Source: Chiloscyllium plagiosum (Eukaryota). From it: a stretch of DNA of 64,000 nucleotides. This document shows, in pieces, positions 50,880 through 61,999 of the stretch. The position numbers were made by a program, and so were the translations under genes. The stretch covers positions 2,552,996-2,616,995 of the forward strand of contig NC_057718.1 of the NCBI RefSeq assembly GCF_004010195.1, read 5' to 3'. Numbering within the stretch: the stretch's first letter is position 1; each line of letters opens with the position of its first letter. The notes under the pieces are model-generated. The model did no database searches. It saw only the letters and a list, made by a program, of their open reading frames with translations, and was not told where the DNA came from.

Positions 50880-53549
50880 ATTGAATTCCTGGAGTGGAGA
50901 GTTAGTCTAGTACTCCATGACTTCTCCACTCTTCATTGGACACTCTAAACTCACTTTACAAAATTGAACACTTTTTGTCTCTGCTTGAATTCCTGGTTCT
51001 AGCACCTTTTCTGGCAATAGTCTTTCAGAAGTACATATATCCTCATCTTTCAGCATCACAGATTGAGAGGATCCTGCATCTCTTAATATTGTAACCTCTT
51101 TACCTGCTGCTCCTGGCCTATGCAGGTAAACTTTACCTTCACAGATATATGGTTTGAGAAGATCTAGCACTTCGTCCTTAATCAATCTCTGACCAGCTTG
51201 TACATTCTGGTGCAGCTTTTGAGCCACCACTGTGCTTTCTGTTACCACTCCTAACAAAAGTCACTGGCTTATCCTGTTTTCCTATATCTGGCTTCCCAGT
51301 ACTTTTCCTAACCCAGCAACACTGTGATTTCATGTGGCCTACTTTATTGCAGTAAAAACACTGAAGTTTTTAATTTCTCTTTCCCCTTCAAGGGTTTCCT
51401 TTTCAACCTGGGCAAGTTATCCTTATGATCATCACTGAGATTTCCCTTTCCCTCTCCATGCGAGGATTTCTCTTTTCCCCAGTTTCTAACCCTCATGGAT
51501 TGAAATTGATGTTGGAAGGCAAACATTGATTTATGAACCAGTTCATAACCATCAGCCATTTCAGCTGCTAATCTTGCCATTTTAACTCTCTGCTCTTCCA
51601 CATGAGTTCTCACTAGTTTAGGAAGTGAATTTTTTAACTCTTCTAAAATTATTGCCTCTCTAACAGCATCATAAGTTTGCTCTATTTTTAATGCCCTTAT
51701 CCACCTCCCAAAACTAATTTGCTTGATTCTTTCAAACTCAATACATTCCTGAAACATTGGCTGTAGGCTTCTGGCACAAGCTCATCTGCACCTAAGATGG
51801 CTTTCGTCACCTCCTCTTATACCCCAGACAGCTCCTCTGATGGTGATGCAAATACTTGACTAGCTCTACTTACAAGTTTTGTTTGGATCAACAAAACCCA
51901 CACGGTCACCGGCCACCTCGTTTTTCCAGCCACCTTTTCAAATAAGATGAAAAGGTCTTCCACAACCTTCTCATCAAATTTGGGCAAAGCTTGAATATAT
52001 TTAAACAGTTTCTCACCAGGCCTTTGGCTACCATGGGTTTGCTCATCCTCACTCAGCTTACCCTCAGCCTACAGCTCCATCCTTTTCAGCTCACTTTCCT
52101 GTCTTAGCGCAAGTTTCTGAAGTTCAAGTTCCCTCTCTTCCTCCCTTTCCTCGCTTTTCTTTTCTGTTCTGTTAGGTTTTTTTCTCTTTCTTCTGCTCTT
52201 AATCATCATTCAAACAGTTTCATTTCTTTATCCCTTTCTTTTTTTCTTTTGCCCCTAACTCAAGCTGCTTCATTCTTAATTAAATTTTAGCCATCCCTAA
52301 AGATTCTAATGGTATTTCCAGCAAATGTAAATGCTGAGTTATTGCTGTCATTATCTCTCCTCTCCTCATGGAAGGAGTTATCTTTAACCGCAGCTTGTCT
52401 GCTAACTCTCTTAGCTTGAGTGGTTAGCCCTGCTGCCTCACAGCGCCAGCGACCTGGGTTCAATTCCCACCTCAGGCAACTGTCTGTGTGGAGTTTGCAC
52501 ATTCTCCCCGTGTCTGCCTCGGTTTCCTCTGGATGCTCCGGTTTCCTCCCACAGTCCGAAAATGTGCAGGTTAGGTGAATTGGCCATGCTAAGTTGCCCG
52601 TAGTGTTAGGTGCGTTAGTCAGAGGGAAATGGGTCTGGTTGGGTTGCTCTTCGGAGGGTCGGTGTGCACTTGTTGGGCCGAAGGTCCTGTTTCCTCACAG
52701 TAAGTAATCTAATCTTAACCATCTTTTGTAAAACCCCCAAAGTCACTGCTTCCATCCCCAGAAAACTCTTGGTGACTGCAAGAGCTATTACTACACCAAG
52801 AACTGTGTAATCCGACCAAATTCAACGCCCAGAACAAAAGACAATAACATCTAGCACTCGCTGTCTTTGAGTCCAGCAACCCTAATCCCAACTCAGAACA
52901 ATTCCTGCAAAGAACCCTCAAACTGTTATGACCAGGCCAGACCCCCCTCAAAACATTTCAAGAAGATAGACCCTAACTTTGCTAGCTGTTTTAAGCAGCT
53001 GTGAAGTGGATATTCCAGGAGTAGTGTGATTGGCCCAACCACTCAGTTTTAAACAGAACAGAACAGAATTTATATATACAAGAACAAAAGAAAATCAAAT
53101 TTAGAATAACATAACTATTTGAAAATCCAGTTGACTCAATCACCATTTAATGATGCTGTTCCAAATACTTGCAACATTCCCCATTCCCCCTTGGCAAAAA
53201 AAAGTAAACTCAAACACAGGTGCTTACAGGAGAGACGTAAGACAGAAAGAGAGAGAGACATTCAGCATGGAGCTGTTCCTTTGGGTCCCCAGCAGAGTCT
53301 CTGGGTTCCCAGCTAAAACATGAACAACAGCTGCAAACAAAACAAGCTGACTGCTAAAACCCAACCAAACCAAACCCTGACCTGGGAGAACTGGCCACTC
53401 CCCTTTCATTGTACACGTGCTTTAAAAAAAGCACACTGAAAAGCTTTTTCAAGCAGATATTTCCAGACAGATTAGAATCTCTCCCTTTATGTATCCTCTG
53501 AAAAAAGACAAGGACAGAATAACCTTGTTAAAGGAGCAGTATCATCACA
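50880..53549 (-). mobile_element. Degenerate Ty3/Gypsy (Gmr1-like) LTR retrotransposon: LTR, SCAN-like gag, zinc knuckle, protease
   Basis: WIRALKIEQTYDAVREAIILEELKNSLPKLVRTHVEEQ…AAEMADGY (SCAN-like capsid), CFYCNKVGHMKSQC knuckle, ILRDAGSSQS protease; LTR TG…CA at 52924-53549; HE1 SINE inserted. Confidence 0.85.
52415..52715 (+). mobile_element. HE1-type SINE inserted in the Gypsy relic
   Basis: gtggttagccctgctgcctcacagcgcc…gtaatctaatct. Confidence 0.85.
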
Positions 53550-55086
53550 GAGCTCAGCTATTTACCCGATTTCTATTTTGCTGAGGTGTAATGGACAAAA
53601 ATTAGAAGAAGGTCTAGACTTTAACATTTTTTATTAAGATAAATGTAAAGTGTTGCATCCCAGATGTGATTCGACTGTCTGTGTTCTCCCCATGTGTGTG
53701 TGTGGGTTTCTGCTGGATGCTCTGGTTTCCTCCCACAATCTGAAGATGTGCAGGTTCGGTGAATTGGCCATGCTAAATTGCTCATAGTGTTCAGGGATGT
53801 GTAGGCTAGATGCTTTAGTCAGGGGTAAATGTAGAGTAAGAGGGGAATGGGTCTGGGTGGGATACTCTTCGGATGGTCGGTGTGAACATGCCGGGCCATA
53901 TGGCTTTTTTCCATACTGTAGGGATTCTATGATTCTATGATTGGTTTTATTATTGGGTTTAAAGCAAAACACTCTATTCATTCACTGTAGTTAGAATACA
54001 ACAAAGAAAGAAGGAATTAGAAGAACAATCCAATGCAAATTTTACAGAATAACAAATACAGTAACTTTTACTAATTAATTGTACTAATATAGAAACATCC
54101 CATAAATGCACCCTTGCAAATTCCGAAAAATAGATTGTTCTACATGAAATTCTATCAGCAAGAAAGAGATCATGCAGCAGTTTCCCAGAGAACTAGAGAA
54201 AGAGAGTCCTTTCCTTCCACAGTCTAAGTTCACACCCACTAACTAACGAAAGCAAAGTCAGAAGTCACACAGCACCAGGTTATAGTCCAACAAGTTTTTA
54301 TGAAATCACAAGGATACAGAGGGCTGCTCCTCCATCAGGTGAAGTGACTTCACCTCCGCATGATAACTAAAGCAAAACTTTGCAAAAGTCCTGGGTCTGT
54401 GTGTATCTCCATCCATTTGTGCTTCTATTGTTCCAGCTTTAAAAAAAAACTCGAGCTCACAAGTTATTTATCTTTTCATAGACTGCTCTGTACCTATCTT
54501 CCAATCTCTCTCGCTAAAAGAAACCAGGATAAAACACACCTCTTGAAGCCACTGCATCCTCACAAGGCTAATGTGCTAAAATTAAAGGCCCCTCTATTCC
54601 TGATATCACAGGTGCTAAAGATTTTAAAAGTTCAACAGAAATCCCTCATTGACCTGACTTTCCGACTACGTTTGACAGAAAACACAGAGCAGGTGTTGGT
54701 ACTTGACAGAATCGTTATTTTTCAGAATAGATTCTAACTACAGAAATGAGAAAGGGATTCTGGAATGAGTACTGTATAAGCATTGATTCTGGAATCTGTA
54801 CAAGTTGCTTTTGCTTTTTGAAACTTATAAATAGGTTTTTTTTGGGATTTGTTGTGTGTTTAAACCTCTTTGAATTTGTGTTATAAATAAGTAGATTAAT
54901 TTATTCCATTTCACCTTCATTTCCTTTCCTTAATAAATATCGGTTTACTATTAAAACTAAATTTGCAACATTTCATGCTTCTGTTGCAGTGAGAGAACAC
55001 CTTGCTAAAGCTAAGTTTCAGTCTGTGATCTGACTTGACCAGTAATAACAATCACTGCAATCATATTAAATGTAAAATGGACTTAC

Positions 55087-55551
55087 TGGTAATATTCAGC
55101 CAGTTCCTTTTCCAAAGATCTTCCTAAAAATCTCACTGATGTAGATATTGGTGCCACTGAGCTGCAGGTCTCTGATGGTCAGAATGTAATTGTTAATAAA
55201 AGCAGCTTTGACAAAGGGTCAGTTAGACTCGAAACGTCAGCTCTTTTCTCTCCTTACAGATGCTACCAGACCTGCTGAGATTTTCCAGCATTTTCTCTTC
55301 TGGTTATGTAATTGTTAATGGTCATGTTTCTGGAATGCTGAAACTGCTCAGAGAATCCTCTTGATTGGTGAACACTGCAGTCTTCATAATGACTCAGTAT
55401 GATATGCCCATCTTATGAACAGTAACAGTGTATCTATCCACAGTGTGATCAACATTGCTGCTCTGCCAATCACAGCAAAATGTCACTGTCCCACCCTCAG
55501 GCACTGTCACTGCTTCAGGGGATTGGATAAGAACTGGCCATGTATCCTGAC
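55087..55551 (-). pseudogene. Pseudogenised germline-joined VJ exon interrupted by a Penelope-derived insert
   Basis: QDTWPVLIQSPEAVTVPEGGTVTFCC…/ILSHYEDCSVHQSRGFSEQFQHSRNMTINNY[insert]ILTIRDLQLSGTNIYISEIFRKIFGKGT/LNIT|GTAAGT; lost Trp and second Cys, frameshifts. Confidence 0.85.
55198..55305 (+). mobile_element. Penelope-terminus insert in the VJ pseudo-exon
   Basis: 14-bp TSD atgtaattgttaat (55184-55197 / 55306-55319); agct-TTGACAA-agggtc…gactc-GAAA-cgtc-agct. Confidence 0.82.
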
Positions 55552-56404
55552 CTGTGAGCAGAAAATAACTGATATCAGAACAGATACGAAACCACAAAAA
55601 TAATCACTTGGAAACAAAACTGTAAAAAAATCTCCCCATGTCTGGCCTTAAAATGGAGGGAAGGTCATTGATGAAGCAGCCAAGGATGGTTGGCATAAAG
55701 ACTTTCCACCTAGTTTTGTATTGTTAACAAACTGGGATACATTACTCTCTGTCTCTTCATTGAAGTCATAAAGAGAGATTCTGAATAGCTGAAGTTCCAG
55801 AATGATCCATTGCCAATGTACAGCTAGGCCTTTTAAATATTTACCCAATCCACCTTAACCAATTTGTACCTCTAGCCTTGATAATCTCCCTTATCCAATT
55901 TGACGACCCTTGCTTCAGGTTGAACAACTCAATCTCAGGCATAATGTAAAACTCTATCATATCACAATCACTCATCCCTAAAGATTCTTTTACAATAAGA
56001 ATGCCAAAAGAAGAGAACTGATGGATAAAGTATACTTGGATTTTCAGAAGGCCTATGATAAAGGCCCCCCCGACAGGAGGATTGGGAACCTTTGGAATTG
56101 TCTCCCCCAGAGGGCTGTGGGAGCTCCACCTATGGGTCTGTTTAAGATAGAGATTGATAGATTTGTGATTCTCCAGCGGGGTATAGGGATCTGGGGATAG
56201 TGTGGATCAGGCAGTGAAGTGGTTAATCAGTCACGATCATACTGAATGGTGGGGCAGGCTCAAAGTGCTTAATGGTGAAATCTATGCCAGTGAGTGGGGC
56301 AGCACATAACACATTCTCTCACATAAAAACGTAACAGCAATAAAACCACACACAAAAAAAGGAGAGTTACACAGCTGGGCTGCAGAGGACAGTGAGAATC
56401 CCAT

Positions 56405-56785
56405 ACCCCCCTAAACCCTTCATAATCATATAACCATCCAGCTGTCTTTTAAATGTTGTAATTGTACCAGCCCCCACCTCCTTCTCTGTTGACTGATTCC
56501 ATACACACACCACCCTCTGCATGAAAAGCTTTCCCTCAGGCCCCTTTTAAATCTTTCCCCTCTCACCTCAAACCTATGCCCTCTAGTTTTGGAAAAAGAC
56601 TTTAGCTATTTGCCCTATCCGTGCTGCTCATGGTTGTATAAATCTCTATAAGGTTACCCCTCTGCCTCTGACATTCCAGGGAAAACAGCCGCAGTCTATT
56701 CATTCTCTCCCTCCAGCTCAAATGCTGCAGCCCTGGCAAGTTCAATGTAAATCTTTCTAGAACTCTCTCCAGTTTAACAACACTC
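56405..56785 (-). mobile_element. CR1 (HER1-like) 3' fragment
   Basis: VVKLERVLERFT…LFSLECQRQRGNLIEIY. Confidence 0.75.
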
Positions 56786-57134
56786 TTAAGCTGGGGACCA
56801 GTCCAAACACGATGTAAACTGTGCAAACTGCACTGAAGGATAAACAGGTGAATGCAGGACTGAACCCTCCGCAGAGGATTAAAACGTGGGAACGGAATGT
56901 AGGTCATGTGGGGAATTGGTGAAAATAGACATGGCAGTAATTTACAGGCTTGATGGGCTGAGTGGTCTACTCTTGTTCCTTGCTTGTCTGTCTATTTGCA
57001 TGTCAGTATGTTCATCTGTATATAGAAAGCACAATTTTTACACATTTATTCCCCTTTGCTCATTGTGGCTGTTTGACATCCTGAGTATTGAAGCCTATCC
57101 ATGTTTAACTCTACAAACTCTATCAGGTCATGAT

Positions 57135-57351
57135 GTGGAAGAGCCGGTGTTGGACTGGGGTGAAACACATTAAAAATCACGCAACACCAGATTATAGTCC
57201 AACAGGTTTATTTGGTAGCACTAGCTTTCAGAGCACTGCTCCTTCATCAAGTGATTGTGCAACCATCACCTGATGAAGAAGCAGCCCTCCAAAAGCTAGT
57301 GCTTCCAAATAAACCCGTTGGACTCTAACCTGGTGTTGTGTGATTTTTAAC
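57135..57351. mobile_element. Second family of Penelope-terminus inverted dimer (GAAAGCTA type)
   Basis: Inverted arms ttaaaaatcac…/…gtgatttttaa; cacCTGATGAagaagcagccctccAAAAgctAgtg. Related copies at about 10065-10410 and 54255-54355. Confidence 0.72.
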
Positions 57352-57489
57352 GTCTATCAGGTCAAAATGTGAAACTGTTGTGCTATAGGAAAGATGTGAT
57401 TGCATCGGAGAGGGGCAGAGAAGTTTCACCAGGATGTTGCTGGGATGGGACATTTCAGCGATGAAGAGAGGCTGGACTCTCATGGACTC

Positions 57490-58080
57490 AGATCCACTTA
57501 CCTACCCTGTCACCATGACCATAATTCCTTCATTGTTCAAAACAAAATCTATCTTAGCTTTGAAAATGTTTACTGAAGTAGCATCAACTGCTTCACTGGG
57601 CAGGGAATTCCACAGATTCCCAACCCTCTGGGTGAAGAAGTTCCTTCTCAATTCAGTCCTAAATCTGCTCCTCCTAATTTTGAGGCTATGCCCTCTTGTC
57701 CTACTTTCACCTGCCAATGGAAACATCCTCTCTACTTCTATCTTATCTATTCCCTTCATAACTTTATATGTATCTATAAGATCCCCCCTTCATTTTTCTG
57801 AATCCCAGTCTACTCTGTCTGCTCATGAGCCACCCCCCTCAACTCCGGAATCGACCCAGTGAATCTCCTTTACCCCCTCCTCTAGTTCCAGTACATCCTT
57901 TCTCAAGTAAAGAGACCAAAACTGTACACAGTACTCCAGGTGTGGCCTCACCAGCACCTTGTACAGCTGCAACATAACCTCCCAGCTTTTAAAGTCAATC
58001 CCTTTAGCAATGAAGGACAAAATTCCATTTGCCTTCCTATTTACCTGTTATACTTATAGACCAACCCTCTGTGATTCATT
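57490..58080 (-). mobile_element. CR1 3' fragment
   Basis: [20 protein letters not shown]; [10 protein letters not shown]…[14 protein letters not shown]. Confidence 0.85.
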
Positions 58081-58213
58081 ACATTTTCTTTAGAGCACAG
58101 CAGGTTGAGGGTGAGCTGACATTTTTTTCTTTATTTATCTATGAGATGAGGATGTCGCTGGTTAGGCAGCATTTACTGCTGATCTTTAATTGCCCAGATG
58201 ATAGTTAAAGGTA

Positions 58214-58344
58214 GGAGGAGAAAGTGAGGTCTGCAGATGCTGGAGATCAGAGATGGAAATGTGTTGCTGGAAAAGCGCAGCAGGTCAGGCAGCATCTAGG
58301 GAACAGGAGAATCGACGTTTCGGGCATAAGCCCTTCTTCAGGAA
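58214..58344 (-). mobile_element. Penelope-terminus monomer with intact hammerhead core, inserted in a SINE
   Basis: 11-bp TSD agttaaaggta (58203-58213 / 58345-58355); minus strand CTGAAGAagggcttatgcccGAAAcgtc. Confidence 0.8.
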
Positions 58345-58560
58345 AGTTAAAGGTAACTCACATTGATGTGGGCCTTGAGTCACATGTAGGCCAGACCAGG
58401 TAAGGATGACAGGAACCTTCCCTAAAGGACCTTAATAAATCAGATGGGTTTTTCCAACAAACAATTCATGGTCATCATTATACTCTTAATTCCAGATATT
58501 TATTGAATTCAAATTCCACCATCTGCCAAGGCAGGATTTGAACCCAGATCCCCAGAACAT

Positions 58561-58750
58561 GGAGAAAGTGAGGACTGCAGGTACTGGAGATCAGAGTTGC
58601 AGGAAAAGCACAGCAGGTCAGGTGGCATCCAAGGAGCAGGGGAATTAATGTTTCGGGCAAAAATCCTTCATCATTATGCCTGGAACATCGATTCTCCTGC
58701 TCCTCAGATGCTGTCTGACTTGCTGTGCTTTTCCAGCACCACACTCTTAA
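58561..58750. mobile_element. Penelope-terminus inverted dimer nested in the same SINE
   Basis: TSD cccagaacat on both sides; inverted arms. Confidence 0.72.
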
Positions 58751-59689
58751 CCCAGAACATTACCTGTATGTCTAGATTAACAGTCTGGTGATAATACCAC
58801 TAGGCCACTGCCTGTCCTGAGGTGTATATGGTTATGAGGGGCATGGACAGGATGGAGAGAATGCAGCTATTCCCCTCAGTTAAACAGTCACTAACAAGGG
58901 GCATAATGTTAAGGTTAAAGGCAGGAGGTTTACAGGGGATTTGTGGAAACCCTTCACCCAGAGGTTGGCCAGGGTCTAGTCCCCACATTCCTGATGAAAG
59001 GCTTATGCCCGAAACATCGATTCTCCTGCTCCTTGGATGCTGCCTGACCTGCTGTGCTTTCCCAGCATCACACGTTTTAACCAAGGGTCTGGAATGCACT
59101 GCCTGTGAGGGGAGTTGCGACAGGTAACCTGACAGCACTCAAAATATCAAAACATTGCGTCTAATGCAGGAAAGTGGGACTAATGTAGATTTAGTGCAGC
59201 CTTGGTGAGATAGACTCGATGGGCTGAAGAGCCTCTTCTGTACTGTATAATTCTATGATTGAGAACACAAACAGATATGCTGAGACGATGTTTCCCCTCA
59301 CGGGAGAGTTTAGGACCAGAGGGCGCAGTCTCAGAATAAAGGAGCTCCAACTTAAGATTGAGATGAGGAGGAATTTCTTCTCTTAGAAGGTTGGATAGTC
59401 TTTGGAATTCCTTGCCACACAGATTCCTTGTGCATATTTAAGGTTGAAATAGATATATGATCGAGGAAAAGGAATCAAGGTTAAGGGGAAATGGCAGGAA
59501 AGTGAACATGAGATTAGTCGGATCAGTCATGATCCTATTGAAGGGCAGAACCAAGCTTGGGGGACCCCGAAATGGCATCCTCCTGTTCACCTCTGCTGGT
59601 CTTACAATCTTAAAGCAGATTGGCAGTCTCACTTCTTGTGTAAATCAGTTAAAGGTTTTTTTGTTAAAATATTATTCTTTCTGATGTTA

Positions 59690-61010
59690 ACCCCCTCCCC
59701 CCCCAGAACTAAAACCGAAACACCCAAGGAGGTGTACCTCGCCCTATAATCTGGAAAAGGAGGGTGAAAAATGGGTAACCTGCCTTTCAGTAACTTCTAG
59801 TGATGAAATAAAATAAATCCCTGACACTTACTTTAAAATCAACAAATAACAATTAATTTATCTAACTCTAATAGTGAACAAATTAATTAAACTATTAACA
59901 AACAGAATAAATCCCTACTAACTACTGACTATTCCTGAATATTATGTGCAGTTTTGGGCCCCATATCTCAGGAAGGATGTATTGGCCCTGGAGTGAGTTC
60001 AGAGGAGGTTCTTGAGAATGGTCCATGGAATGAAAAGCTTAACATATAAGGAACATTTGAGGAACCTGCGTCTATAGTTGATGGGTTTAGAAGGTTGAGG
60101 GGTATCTGATTGAAACTTACAGAATACTGAATGGCCTGGGCAGAGTAGATGTTGAGAAGATGTTTCTATTGGTAGGAGAGACTAGAACCAAAGGGCACAG
60201 CCTTAGAATGATGATAAGGAGAAACCTCTTCAGCCAGAGAGTGGTGACTCTTTGCCACGAAGACTGTGGAGGCCAGGTCATTGAGTGTATTTAAGACAAA
60301 AATAGATAGGTTCTTGATTGTCAAAATGACCAAGGGCTATGGGGAGAAAGTGGGAGAATAAGGTTGAGAAATGTATCAACCATGCTGGAATGGCAGAGGA
60401 GACTCGATGGGCTGAATGGCCTAATTTCTGCTCCTCTGTCTTATGGTCTTATGGATAATGCAAGATTCTAACAGTATGCTGTTCCAATAAATTAAAGTCC
60501 CACTTATACAAAATAAAATAATTTAGTCTCTCGAAATTATAGCCAGGTTATGTTCCTTCCAGAATCTTCTGTGCCTTCTCTGTCAATTTCTTCTTTCAGG
60601 AATATTAATGAGTTGTGTTATTAGTTTCATTGTTATTCAGATGGCACTTTCTCTCAGATATAGAGGAAGCTGTGAGAGCCAGTGATTCTCTCTCGAGGGC
60701 TGAGGGCTGTTAGCTCTGGTAGATGACAGTTAGCTCTGGGTTTATTTTCCAACTGCCCCCTTCTTTTATACCTGTGATGACATGTCAATATTTCTGACAA
60801 TAGGTTTGGTGGTATTTTGTCAAAACCATCAGATTTACATTTAATAGGTTTTTGGTATTTAAGTGCCTGGTGCAAACTGATTGGCTAAATTAAAAAGCCT
60901 GTTGTCTTGGTAAAAGCTGCTGCTTGGTCTAGTAACTGTACGGCCTTTCGATTCAGGTTCTCTCTGTGCATTTGCAAACTTTCAAGTTGCTGCTCACAGA
61001 CGCACGTTTT
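59690..61010. mobile_element. LTR relic related to the 45.5-kb solo LTR, interrupted by a CR1 3' fragment (about 59935-60452)
   Basis: Shared motifs aaaaccgaaacacccaag…cctcgcc, tgcccc…cttttatacc, gattggctaaatt. Confidence 0.5.
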
Positions 61011-61999
61011 GAATCTCTAAGCAGAAGGGAAGCTGAAGGGAAAAAAGGAAGAAGTAGGCGAAGAAGAAGAATAAAAACACTGTAGTAAGAAGAAAAAGAG
61101 AAGAGAAAGAATAACAGAAGAAGAGCAGGCAGAGTGAACAATATTTGGCTGGAGCACTCTACTTACCAACCATCTTACCAACAACTGTTTCAAACAAGAG
61201 GAAGATATAAGTCAAGGAATTAGAATCTAATGAAGCGAGCATCTATATTGAGATGGGACAAGGTAAGTGAATGAGGGAACATTATTGAAGGGATGTAGGA
61301 GTTAGATGGATAATGATGCATCGATGTCTTTACAAACATGGTGGGAAGGACCAATAAGGACTGAGGAATTCTGAGGAAAGGTCACTTGACCCCGAAACGT
61401 TACCTCTGATTTCTCCCCACAGACGCTGCCAGACCTGCTGAGCTCTTCCAACAATTTTTGTTTTTTGTTATTGATATGGACTGAGTTGAAGATTATCTTA
61501 TGTTTTAGCTTTTGTGCATTTCTCCTTTGTCAGGATCTGCAATGACCAATCATAGAGAAAGCTTCGAGTCATATGACAATTCATAACAATGGAATTCGAG
61601 AAGGGAATTGGAGCAAAATGAGAACTTTCTGTGTGAGAGCTGGATTGAGATTCATTGTGCTTTTGAGAGTCAATAATTAAAGGAAAAGCTAACGTGTTTG
61701 AAAAGATACTCAGCTGCATTACTCTTACAAATTTGTAAATGTCTACTTTAAAATCCAACAAAACCTGGCAATGTATTTAAAGCATAACCAGACTTTAAAG
61801 TTAGCCTTACAGTACAGAAAGGGCAAGAGTTAGACTAAGAAGCAAGCTATGGCCTTTTCAAAAACATAAAATAGAAAGTAAAAACAATTCCATTAGTTTA
61901 TGTATTAGAATCATAGATAATGGTCGAATTTCTGTTACTGATATTACCAAAACAAAAAGTTAAAGTGTATGAAAACATAACGAGCAGTGATAATGAAAA

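Noticed and set aside
56368-56815. Possible leader of the 55-kb VJ pseudo-exon split by a CR1 insertion (…FGLVPS / GILTVLCSPA…GTAACT)
   Set aside because: No clean ATG or frame; too speculative to call as a feature.
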